52,126 nucleotides of DNA from Guillardia theta CCMP2712 (Eukaryota > Protista > Cryptophyta): assembly GCF_000315625.1 (NCBI RefSeq), contig NW_005434581.1, forward strand, positions 36,713 to 88,838, in the 5' to 3' direction. The notes beneath the pieces were generated by a model, which saw nothing but the letters and a program-made list of their open reading frames with translations, did no database searches and was not told the DNA's origin. The stretch's first letter is position 1. Every line of letters begins with the position of its first letter. Shown here in pieces: positions 1 through 14,872 of this stretch. Both the position numbers and the translations under genes were made by a program.

Positions 1-785
1 TCTCCTTGCATCTCCTCTCCTCTCCTTGCATCTCCTCTCCTTTTCTCTTCCTCACGCTCCTTCAGCTCTTCGCTCTGGTCGTCACACCACCTCCTCGTCT
101 GTTCTGTGAGTCTGCTCGGGTGGAGCTGGGGAGGGAGCAGGAGTTGACCTCACCTGCAGGTACCGGCTGGACGCCCAGACCTGCGTCGTTGATACACCGG
201 GAGTTCGATCGTTCCGACCGATGGCGGGCAAAAAGTGAGAGGAGGAGGAGGAGGAGAGGAAGGAGACTGAGGGCGAGCAGCAGGCTCGTGGAGGGATTCC
301 CAGACATCCTTGCGAAAGCAGAGGTGAGGAGGAGGAGGAGGAGATCGTCCACGTTGGGCAAGAGGAGGAAGAGTGGGGAGAGAGGGGAGAGGGACGCAAG
401 GGGTGATGGGGGAAAGGGGGGCAGGCAGAGCGCACGAGGAGGAGGAGGAGGAGGAGGAGGAGGAGGAGGAGGAGGAGGAGGAGGAGGTGATGTTCGATCA
501 GCGGTGTGCTGCGGGGAGGAGGTGCTCGCATATCCACGAGTCTGTCGAGGTTTCTCGTGTGGCAGGAGGAGCGAGCGAGTTGACTCGTCTCAGGATTGTT
601 TCGTCATGCAGAGTGTCGCAGATGGGTCACTCCCCCAAAGCCGTGAGTATCCCTCAACCCCAACCCCCCTCCCTCTCCTCCCCCTCCTGCTCCGCCCCCT
701 TAATTTTTCGCCCCCCCAAAATGTGGGGGGGGGAAAAGGATGGGGGGCAACAAAAAAGTTGGCTTTGAGGTGGGGGGAGGGGGGG

Positions 786-1117
786 NNNNNNNNNNNNNNN
801 NNNNNNNNNNNNNNNNNNNNNNNNNNNNNNNNNNNNNNNNNNNNNNNNNNNNNNNNNNNNNNNNNNNNNNNNNNNNNNNNNNNNNNNNNNNNNNNNNNNN
901 NNNNNNNNNNNNNNNNNNNNNNNNNNNNNNNNNNNNNNNNNNNNNNNNNNNNNNNNNNNNNNNNNNNNNNNNNNNNNNNNNNNNNNNNNNNNNNNNNNNN
1001 NNNNNNNNNNNNNNNNNNNNNNNNNNNNNNNNNNNNNNNNNNNNNNNNNNNNNNNNNNNNNNNNNNNNNNNNNNNNNNNNNNNNNNNNNNNNNNNNNNNN
1101 NNNNNNNNNNNNNNNNN
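786..1117. other. assembly gap (N run)
   Basis: Run of n characters in the sequence. Confidence 0.99.
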
Positions 1118-1178
1118 GAGGAGGAGAGAGGAGAGAGGAGGAGGAGGAGGAGGAGGAGGAGGAGGAGGAGGAGGAGGC

Positions 1179-4611
<3,433 letters not shown>

Positions 4612-5279
4612 GAGCGAGATCTGAGCATCTGCAGCGAGTTCTGAAGACTGATACACCTGCACGATCAAATCTCTACGTGATCACTTTACGCAACATCAGC
4701 TTTGTAGAGGAACGACAACGGGTGAGGAAGAACTATTTGCAAGAGATGGATGGAAATCTGACAAACATTGAGGCAGAAGCAAACTGATATCCATGAGGAT
4801 CTCAAACATGCAGCATGTCAGCGGCAATCCAATGGTCGAATGCAATGCAACCAAAAGGTGCATGCGGGTGGGAGCATGAAGAAGACGGAGAACTGGATCC
4901 AACGAGGAGGAGGAACGGATGATAGCACAAGGAACAAGTGTCTGTACTCTTCACATGAGCATGACAGGGAGAGCGTCGGTATCACCATCGTCACTTCGCT
5001 CCATCGCGACTTCCCCGCCATGTTGGATGCGGCTTCTTGCGGCCACCCAGGTGCCTCTAGCTAGTGCCCACCCCACCCCAAACCACCCCACCCCTTCCAA
5101 TATGTGTCATGAACCCACCCCTTAGTATAACAAGAGCATTCTTCTCCTGTGATATCCAATAATTTCATATTCAAGTACCCACCCATGTTGACCTATTTCG
5201 GAAGACACCCTACTCATTCACTACCCCACCCTAGGTTCAAGGGAAGGAAAGCAGGTCTAGAGAGCAGGGCCGAGCTTCG

Positions 5280-5700
5280 GAAGTCGCTTTCAAGTTTGCC
5301 GGACTCAGTCAGCCGCCCGGCCCGGCCGGGCCCAGTCAGCCCGGCCGGGCCCGCCGGGAGTCACGGCGGCAGTGCCCGGGCAGAGGCCGCCGATCGGACT
5401 GGACCGGCGGTGGCCCCAGTGCGGCGGGCCGGGCCGCAGCGGCGCGCCGACGGGCATGTACGGTCACTGACTGATCATGGCACACTGATATGATACTGAA
5501 CTAGGAACTTGACTGGCCGACAAGGCTGAGCCCGGGCTAGTAAGGTACAGGGTCGGCAAAACTGTGACCCGCAGTGACACAGTGCTCAGGCTGACTCTGA
5601 GCTATCATCATGGCATGATGGTACTAGTACCGTACCAGAAATTCAATGACTCAGCACTGCCGCGCGGCACAAAAATCTACATGATGATACAAAAGGCTAG
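5280..5700. repeat. GC-rich low-complexity intergenic patch
   Basis: Dense CCGG/GGCC, TGACTCA, CAGT/ACTG and CGTAC motifs with no credible protein. Same texture as the patches near 7.2, 10.0, 12.5, 32.5 and 42 kb. Confidence 0.6.
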
Positions 5701-5726
5701 GTTGACACCAAGATTGCTCTTGAAAG

Positions 5727-6528
5727 TCAGACTTCGTCTGTCTCCATTGGTACATTGATGTACCAGTCTAGCCAAGACTTGCTCCAGCCCTCGTCCCTCG
5801 CACCCCCACAAGCGTTCCCCAAGTCTTCCTCCCCGTCATGGTGCTCGCCCATGTGCTGGCCCTCGCATCGGTGTCTTGGCGTCAGCTCTGGTGCTCCCAT
5901 GCTCACGTTGAGGGTCGTCGTAAGCGCCACGGTTGTGACTGCCGTCTGTTCCTCCACCGGCACGCCTTGCACAGGGGGAGCGAGCCAAGGCGAGTAGCTG
6001 CAGCCCAGCTCTGCAGAGGCTTGGTACAGGGCATGCGGCGGGGGGCATGCGGCGGCGGCAGCCAAGGACGGCGGAGGAGGAGGCAGGCTGGTGACCCGGC
6101 ACTGCACGCCAAGCTGGCCTAGCGTGGAGGGCGGGGCATGCTCGCTCGAGGGGATGAGGGCGGAAACGCTTCCTGCCCCGTCAGGAAAGGGCGAGCACGG
6201 AGCTGAGCCTGACTGGGGCGAGGCCGAAGGAGGAGAGGAGAGGGAGGCAGGTCGATCCCTGTTACGGGAGTAAGGCCACTTGTTGATGCCGAGAGATCTG
6301 CAGGCGTTCTTCATGGCGGTAAGAGAGATGCCCTGCGGAGAGAGTCAGGGATCAAGAGGGGAGGAAAAGGGGAGGAGGGGGCAGTACCAGGTGCTTAGCT
6401 GCCTCAGTCTGACGGAGGTGGAAGAGGCTCGTGATGGAAGAGGCGTCTAGCCCGATCGCATCGCGATTGGTTGGCATCGACTGCCCTCGTTTTCTTCTGG
6501 GGAACACTACATGGACAGAAGGCTTCAT
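5727..6528 (-). CDS. RWP-RK domain transcription factor, copy 1
   Basis: MKPSVHVVFPRRKRGQ..LDASSITSLFHLRQTEAAKHL, then a 55-nt GT-AG intron (6333-6387), then GISLTAMKNACRSLGINKWPYSR. This matches the RWP-RK pattern (F.lp..eAAk.LGis.T.lK..CR.lGI.rWP.R). The true start may lie further upstream. Confidence 0.88.
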
Positions 6529-7385
6529 GTTCGCAGGGGGCTGTTGTTCTCCGAGGTCTTGTGCGTGTGCTAGCAGATGCTGCTCGTGGTCTTGTGGGAT
6601 GCCACTGTCTTGGCTGGAGGAGGACGTGGTGACTGCGGCGCTGTGGCTACGACAGTGGCAACAACGGGAGTGGGGAATTGAAGTAGGGGAGGACCAGGGG
6701 AATAACCTTGATTTTCCATGTGGGGCAATACATCGCAGACTTTGTGGAAATGGTGATAAATATTGACTCAATATTTCATTGTCAAAAAAATATTAAGTAA
6801 ATATCTTGGTAGTTTGGAAGTACAAATTCAGGCTACAAAGTGGGAGCATAAAATGTAGTACCGTAGAAAGGGAAGGCTTCGCCCTTTTCGACTTACACTC
6901 ATCACGTTACCATGAAAACGTGACTGTTTCCAAGTCACGTCGGAACGAATTTCGAAAACTGAAATGACATCGTTTCGTGTTGCATTGAACCACGGATACC
7001 ATTACATGGGTATCCGTGGGCCATGAGAACCTTTCGTCACGATACCAATCATGAGCACGAGGTAACGTGATGGAAGGTCGAGATTCAATGCCATGAATCG
7101 AGGTAACATGTCGTGGGACGGTCAGGATCTTTGCTGACCGGGGCATGACGGATGATACGGTGGCCGACACGTCGAATCGGTGTTTCTTTCCGAGTTTCCG
7201 TACGGTCGGACTGGCCCCGTGATGCAGTCACCCGCCGGCCCGGCGCCGGGCGGCGGACCACTCTCAGTCACGGTGGCAGTGATCATCCCCGCCCGGCGCC
7301 GCACTGGGGGCGCGCCCGGCGGGCCGGCGGCCCGGGCCACGGGCCGGCCGCCGCGGGTGACTCTACCGTCTAATTATGGCGCGGC

Positions 7386-10040
7386 CAGTACATAGCGTTG
7401 ACATTTTGCTTTTTCTGCTTTGGGCTGTATGTTTTCCCGTGAGGGGGTTGTTCTGCTTTCTAGGTGGATTGGGGGGTGGCGTGTTTGAGGATTTCAAACA
7501 GGGTCCTTATAACTCTGATGTTGTTTTCCAATAAGATATTTTAAACTGTACTGTGGAATGGTTGAGTATAAACACAGAAGTAGGGCTGCACCCCAGAAGT
7601 TGCAGTGAGATCATGGGGTAGTCTACTAACTAATTTGTAGAGCCTTCTTATGGTACAATTTTATAAACAAGTTTGAACGACCTCTCTACACGCCATGAGC
7701 CTCCCCTTGTTCGGGGCACGTCGCACCGCTCTGTACTGCCCTACCCATGGCTCGCAAACAGCGAGCCCGCGGCAGCGTGTGCAGACATCAGATGTTCACC
7801 GAACCTCCTCATGGGAAATTCCTGAGGTGTAGAGATGATGATCCTTGAGGAGTGCTTCGTACAGTGCGTGGATCTCACGAAAAATCGTTTGGTGAGCGAA
7901 GAGCATCAATAATACAAGTGAAAATCACCATCACAGGGATACGTTGCAATCGAAACCGGGTTGTGAAATACCCTAAGCTATCTGCGATGCATGACAGGGA
8001 AACTGAGTTGGAGTAGATGGATGGAGATTACACACAAGACGACAGGGAATCATCATCCGACGGTGACTGGATTGTTCAAAAGCCGTACAGTCACCAGTGA
8101 GCTCAAGAACATATGTTTTCACGATGATGGCTGATAGGCTCGCAAGACATACAGTGCATTTTAGCAGTGGGCTGCTCGATTGCTTGAAACCACGATGATC
8201 CACAGCACTATCGAATGATAACAAGCAAGTCCAGTGGTTCGTGAAGGATTCTTCATCCGGTTTTCAAGGATGTGTTGGAACGATGAAACATGTTGCAAAT
8301 CACCAAGGTCTATGCCATTTGATCACATGATGCATCATCTAAATATTACTGGTGTGAACTTGCATCAGATCGTGTGTCCATCAATGAGCCGCTGCCAAGC
8401 AGATGATACGGTCACAGCAAACACGAGCACTTTGAAGATGCTGATATTCCAGGCCGTACAGCATTTATGATGTGGCTACATGTCACATGCTTCTTGGTTA
8501 ACACAGAAGTAACTTCGCCAGGCAAAAGATGGAACGTCGTCAGGATTACAAGGAGGTCGGTTGTGCTTTTACCCAGATTGAAACGCTTGTAATAAAGATA
8601 TGATCACCTGAATGTGGAATTCTGTTTATTGATTCACAGTGTTTGTCGTTCGTTTACAATCATCGAGTGCTTGCTCTGTTGAACAAGGCACCCCTCTGTA
8701 GAGCCAAATGCGACAAGAACACTACTGTTGCATGGTAGCATTGCGAACTGTCCAAACAAGGCAGGATTGATTCGAAGAACATCTCATTTATTGATATCAG
8801 ATTCATCTGCACATTGTTTCATTTCTAACTAGGTTTCTGCAGCGTTGTGGAAATGTCATGACAGAGGAAGAACTTAGTTGCAGTGCAGAAAAATCATCCA
8901 ACGTCATGAAACATGGAAATGCAATTGTCAATGCACTTGATCATGGGTATAGTGATTCATGATCAACAACGATGATTCAAAGTCATCTATCCTGGCAGGT
9001 AAAGAAATCCTTTGTGCAATCGTCTCTTCATGCATCATTGAACGGTTGAGCATGTAAAGCTTTCTCTATAGAAAAGTGAGGTGCATGAATCCTGACCGTA
9101 AGACTAGAAGGATTCAAAGTGAGTGATGACATGAGAACACATATCTAGACAGCAAAGTCGCTAAAGGTACAGTTTGATATACAAATTTCTCACAAATCAT
9201 GCATTTGAGCTCAACGTTCAACCTACGGCAATTTGAAAGAAGGGTCAATCAGAGTTGATTCTGTTCAATGGTGAATCTATCATTAGTTGCTTAGCTGTTC
9301 ATGAAAATTTCATCTTGTCTTCGAAGAATATTTTCAAGTACACACGCGGATTGTTTGTACCTAGGGTGCATATTCCAGTACACGATGGATGATTCAAACC
9401 TTGGCCCAACCTGCAGAGTTGAGAAAGAAGCTCGATCATCTCTTACAGGTATGATATGAGATCTTCATCTCATTTCTATCTCAGTTGGGTTGGATTCGAA
9501 GTCTCTCAATATCAAGGTTCATCCTCGCGAGTCAGGAAGGCACCATTTCATCGCCTCTTGCTCGTCCAGGGAGAGGGGGCTTGGGGAATGAGAAATGGGG
9601 GCTACCCCCCACCCCCTATCACAGAGTTTCAAACTGCTTCGAAGGTGGGTAGTTGAGGGTGCTCCATACCCACCCCACCCCCCAACGAAAGTCAAACGGA
9701 GGGGTTCTTGGAAGTCGAAGTTCCGACCAGTTTGGCCCTGGTTTTGTACCATATAAACGCTGCAATATTAAGTTGGTACCACAGATACTTCTAAAATTCG
9801 TACTTTTACTTTGGTTTGGCGTGGTGAGGTGTCCAAGCAACCAAATTCAAATCACCCTACCCCTCTTTGGCCCTGCGCAGCAACGATTTTCCTAAGAGCG
9901 AGTACCCTCCTACACGCCTTCTCAAAGTAGGGTACTCCCACATGGCATGAAATGAAGGGACCCCACAGGCCCTTCGAAAAAAAAAAATCTTGCCAATTTT
10001 TCCTATGAGCGCCCGGCCGGAAAAGCAACGCTATGAACTG
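7386..10040. mobile_element. Putative decayed DNA element: AT-richer insert with candidate terminal inverted repeats
   Basis: CAGTACATAGCGTTG (7386-7400) matches the reverse complement of CAACGCTATGAACTG (10026-10040) at 14/15 positions. CGGC sits directly on both flanks, GC content drops sharply inside, and the insert holds a fossil ORF. Confidence 0.4.
7747..9570 (+). pseudogene. Fossil ORF of unknown family, interrupted by stops and frameshifts
   Basis: Frame +1 from ATG 7747 reads MARKQRARGSVCRHQMFTEPPHGKFLRCRDDDP*GVLRTVRG..RILHPVFKDVLER*NMLQITKVYAI*SHDASSKYYWCELASDRVSINEPLPSR*YGHSKHEHFEDADIPG, with 8 TGA, 1 TAG and no TAA up to about 8460. Protein-like text continues in shifted frames to about 9570. 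Confidence 0.55.
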
Positions 10041-10643
10041 CGGCCGGGCTCAGCCTGCCTCTCAGTCTTTACTCAAAGCCTTTAAGTTAAAAATGGCAGT
10101 ACGAAGACAATCACTGGCTGCATAGGCTCAGGCTGCCCTGGCGGGCAGTTCCGAAGTTCAGTCACAGTAGTTTACTGAAAGTTAAGTTAAAGATCAGTAC
10201 TAGGTTCAGTCATGTCGACCAGTCAAGTGGGACCGGTGCTCAGCCTGCGGTCACCTTCACTCAGGCTGCGGCTGGGGCATACGGGGTGGGGGTCCTTTAC
10301 TCCTTCAAGCCCAAGAAGGTTGAATTCTGAAACGTTCTGTTCTCACTCTTCGGGAAGAAAAAAGAAATAGGGCTAATCACGTTACCATCACGGGCCCCTG
10401 CAGTCTGCCCTCCTTATCTTGCCTTGGTTTGCCTCTCGTCCTCCCATCCCTTCGCATCTCCCTTCTCGCATCTCCTTCTTCATAAGTGCTCTGCTGACAA
10501 TCACAGTCACACACACCTTGACCTGAATCATACACCATAGAACATCATAGTCTGAAATCTGTAATCCTGAGTTGCAATCAATAGTCTACAACCCCACACA
10601 TCTTTCTGTCATCTAACAAGACCACGTTGCTTCACCAACAACA

Positions 10644-11475
10644 ATGAACAAGAACACTAGCAGCCTTCAGGACAATCCGACGCATCTTATATATACACGA
10701 AAGAAAAGAGGAGAGACAACATCATATGCGAAAGCAAACCAAGCTATAAACCTCAACGCCTCTTCCATCACAAGCCTCTTCCACCTCCGTCAGACTGAGG
10801 CAGCTAAGCACCTGGTACTGCCCCCTCCTCCCCTTCTCCTCCCCTCTTGATCCCTGACTCTCTCCGCAGGGCATCTCTCTTACCGCCATGAAGAACGCCT
10901 GCAGATCTCTCGGCATCAACAAGTGGCCTTACTCCCGTAACAGGGATCGACCTGCCTCCCTCTCCTCTCCTCCTTCGGCCTCGCCCCAGTCAGGCTCAGC
11001 TCCGTGCTCGCCCTTGCCTGACGGGGCAGGAAGCGTTTCCGCCCTCATCCCCCCGAGCGAGCATGCCCCGCCCTCCACGCTAGGCCAGCTTGGCGTGCAG
11101 TGCCGGGTCACCAGCCTGCCTCCTCCTCCGCCGTCCTTGGCTGCCGCCGCCGCATGCCCCCCGCCGCATGCCCTGTACCAAGCCTCTGCAGAGCTGGGCT
11201 GCAGCTACTCGCCTTGGCTCGCTCCCCCTGTGCAAGGCGTGCCGGTGGAGGAACAGACGGCAGTCACAACCGTGGCGCTTACGACGACCCTCAACGTGAG
11301 CATGGGAGCACCAGAGCTGACGCCAAGACACCGATGCGAGGGCCAGCACATGGGCGAGCACCATGACGGGGAGGAAGACTTGGGGAACGCTTGTGGGGGT
11401 GCGAGGGACGAGGGCTGGAGCAAGTCTTGGCTAGACTGGTACATCAATGTACCAATGGAGACAGACGAAGTGTAG
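10644..11475 (+). CDS. RWP-RK domain transcription factor, copy 2
   Basis: MNKNT..HLIYTRKKRGE..INLNASSITSLFHLRQTEAAKHL, then a 55-nt intron (10815-10869), then GISLTAMKNACRSLGINKWPYSR..METDEV*. Inverted paralog of 5727-6528. Confidence 0.9.
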
Positions 11476-11872
11476 CATGATATGCATTACCAGTGATGTA
11501 TTATGTTTATGTTGCAGCTTCCAATTTACCAATGTAGAAATTCAAACGGACTTATTAAGCCAACCATGATCAAATGAGGTTGACAATGGACGGTTGTATG
11601 ATTTCCTAGTCTCACTCGCAGATGATCACTTGCCTCACTCGAACGAAAAGCAGCCTGTTCTCCACCTATTTCAACAGATGCAGGACTGACGCAGAGATTT
11701 GTTTCTCCTGTAGAGACGATATCTCATGCAGACATGCGATACGGTGTATCTGCATATCAAAAGAAACAGTGCAAGGGATGCTGGGAGGAGCTGGTGAGCC
11801 ATGTTCCTCAAGTGTCTTCTGCACTCACTAGCACGATCGCCTCTTGGCTTCAGCTCATGGGTGGCTGACTGC

Positions 11873-12188
11873 TCCTCCATGTTCTCTTACTCTGAATCTT
11901 CCTCCATGCTCTCTTACTCTGACTCTTCCTCCATGTTCTCTTACTCTGAATCTTCCTCCATGCTCTCTTACTCTGACTCTTCCTCCATGTTCTCTTACTC
12001 TGACTCTGACTCCATGTTCTTTTACTCTGAATGTTTCTCCGTGTTCTCTTACTCTGACTCTGACTCCATGTTCTTTTACTCTGAATGTTTCTCCGTGTTC
12101 TCTTACTCTGACTCTGACTCCGTGTTCTTTTACTCTGAATGTTTCTCCGTGTTCTTTTACTCTGAATGCTTCTCCGTGTTCTCTTACT
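11873..12188. repeat. Minisatellite of 24- and 30-bp related units (CTCCRTGTTCTCTTACTCTGA..)
   Basis: About 12 tandem degenerate units. They translate on the minus strand as (VREHGGRFR/VKEHGVRVR)n. Confidence 0.9.
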
Positions 12189-12479
12189 TGGACAGGAGAT
12201 AGTGGAGCTATCTCAATGTTCACGAAAATATTCTTTGTATCACATGTGACATGTGATACTCTTTGTGTCACATGGCCCGTCGAGGTGACGGCAGGCGTAT
12301 CAGCTTTAGAAAGGCTCTTGCTCTCGAGTTTGTGCGATGCTTCACGTATGGCATGATCCCGCAGCAAGTCGTCCGTGATGTGTATCAGGCTATGTTCCGA
12401 TCACGTTACTTTGGCGATGATCACGATACCAAGGCCGCGCTGCCGCGGAACTGTCACGGTGATTCCGTACGTGACTCGT

Positions 12480-13500
12480 TCGAGTCGGCGTGACTCTGCT
12501 GTGCACCGTACTACGGTAGCCTTAACTTCAAGTTCAGTGACACGGTCAACGGTAGCCAGTGGGCCGCACGGTGACACCCGGCGGTTGGGCCGCCCAGCCG
12601 CCGGGCCCTGTCAAGTTGGACCGCCGGTGCCGGGAGCCTGAGTCCCCCGGGCCCGGCGGCGGACTCGACCGTACGGATCGAACCGGACTCAGATGCCCGG
12701 CCGCCAACGCGCCGTCTCAGTGACTCAGTGTTCACTCAAAGTTACTAGTGACGGTTTAAAAAAATCAGTCACTGTCACGTGGACGGGTGACAAGGGCGGT
12801 GACTCCTGAGGCCGCCGTCAAGTTCGCCGGGACCGTCTAACCTGAACTTGAAACTCAGTAGTACTAGCGGCTCAGGCTCGGCGCGGGCCTGGCCCAGTGG
12901 GCGCGGCCGGGCGGCGGGGCCGGGCCGGGGGTCCGACCCGCCACCGTGTGCCCCGGCGGCCGGCGGAAGTGCCACTGAGTCACCACCCGGCGACAAGGGC
13001 CCCTGAGGGCCCGGGCCCGGACTCGGCGGAGCCCGGGCCCGGCGGGCCCCGGCGGCCGGCGCCGCGGCCGCACCCACTGGGCGCGGCTCAGCGGCTGGCC
13101 GCGCCCCGGGCCCGCCCGGCCGCGTCACTGTGACGGCGGATGACCGTGCCGCAGTGCCGCCCGGGCCGCCCGGCCCGGCGCCGCGCGGCCGCCCCCGGCG
13201 GCGGCGCCAGGATCGCCGGACCGCCGCCGTGCCATCTGATCCCCGGAGTCGGCGGATCGGATCACTGGTCGCGGCGTACTGCCACTAAGGCTGGCGGTCA
13301 GGCTGCGTGTGACCGGGCCGGGTGACCGTGTCTCGCCGGCGGCGCCCCGCCCGTACGGTTGGCGAGTCACCGGCGGCTGAGCCAGTGCGGCTGTGGCCGC
13401 TCAGTGTCACCGCGTGATCCGATGATGATGCCACTGGCCGGCCGCGGCCACTCACAGGCCGCCGTGACTGGCAGTGGCCCGGCGGCCCGGCCGGGCCGGG
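12480..13500. repeat. Large GC-rich low-complexity intergenic patch
   Basis: About 1 kb of very high GC built from CCGG/GGCC/CCCGGG, CAGT/ACTG, TGACTC, CCGTACGG and TTCAAGTT motifs. Its ORFs are P/G/A/R-rich by composition only. Confidence 0.65.
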
Positions 13501-14872
13501 TTTGACTGTTGAGTAAAGTATTTGATGAATTTTATCCAGAAATAGTCGTGGACATGACCTCTCGTTTTGAAGAGCCGGACTACCCCCACCCTCACGAAAT
13601 CATATGTTACCCACCCCTTGAACCCCGAAAATTAAAGAGGCGATGACCGGTGCTGTTGATAGTGTGGATCCGCCTCTTGCCTGCAGGCAAACATTTCCCT
13701 GTATTGTTTGAAATAATCAATTTCAATTTCGAATTATTCATTGTAAATTGAATAATTGAACAAAAATCCAGTCTTCTGAACTTGAGGTGAGCAGGGTGGC
13801 CACAGGGTGATGCCTGCTCGCATGCACACATAAGGGGTACCTGCCCGTCGTGGGTACTCGACCTACCCCGTTTTTCAGGTAAAATGCAGTGAAATAGGGG
13901 GGTAGTGAACAGGATAGGGTACTCGTTGATATTCGAGGAGGGGTACGAGGAGAGTTGATTGGACACTACCCGTACCCGACAGGATGAGATCGGAAGGTGT
14001 AAATGGGGGGTACTTGATGAGGGGTGGTGGGTGATTGAGGGGTTCCTAGACCCATGGAATTGACAACAGTGGTTGCCTGTAAAAGAGGGGTGGGGTGGGG
14101 TGGAACACGGTATGAATTAAGCAGGGGTGCTCATCTTTGTTACAGTAGGGTGGGGTGGCCAATATTTGAACGTGGTTGGTACGTTTGAGGCTACCAAGTA
14201 GGGGTGGTATTGGGGACCTGACGGAAGTCTAGAGATAAGGGTGGGTCTGGTGAAGAAAGGAATATGGTAGGGGTCGGGTAGTCCTGACCGGGGGTGGTCC
14301 AGCATTTGCCGAAGGCAATGGCTGCGAAGGGGCCTTTGGGGGAGGAAACGATCGAGAGAGAGGAGGAGAAGGTGGAGATAGCAACAAGAAGGAAATCTGC
14401 ATGATGAGACTTTGGATTACTGCACTTGAACTGTCTGTGCCTGGTAGTGCTGACCTGTCTGACTCTCTGTCACGCTGCAATGTTTGTTCAACAGTCTATC
14501 AAATAAGCCAAGGGTTGAGTGCAGCAGCTGGCAGTACTTGGTGTGACAGCATCAATCACATGGTAGCTTATGATCTGAATTAGAAGGCCAATCCTGAAGT
14601 TGTAGAATGCTATGGTGGGTGAGACCAGGGAAATGGACCCGGGAAGCAAGACATGTCAACAAGATGGAGGGTTTTATGACAGACTTGAATAGTCATATCA
14701 TTGAGATTGAGATCGCGTGCTGATATTATCGGTTGTGTTGTTTGTTAAGTGAAAAGAATGTTTTGTTGCGAAACACTCACGAGCAATCCTCTCAAGATTC
14801 AAACGAAGGAAGAGATCCATGGGCCAAGTGTTGTCTGCCATTCGAGGATAAGGTGAAGCCAGTTGGCCACCC

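Noticed and set aside
1-650. Possible partial minus-strand gene at the left edge
   Set aside because: Exon-like blocks are present, but there is no recognisable product and the frame cannot be fixed.
7747-7776. MARKQRARGS resembling the histone H3 tail (MARTKQTARKS)
   Set aside because: The match is too short, lacks the key Lys positions and has no histone fold downstream, so it is probably chance.
11873-12188. CRISPR array
   Set aside because: It is a degenerate tandem minisatellite without spacers.
12511-13370. P/G/A/R-rich ORFs in GC patches (also near 5149, 7122, 32497 and 42050)
   Set aside because: Open frames are expected from extreme GC content, and no domain signal is present.
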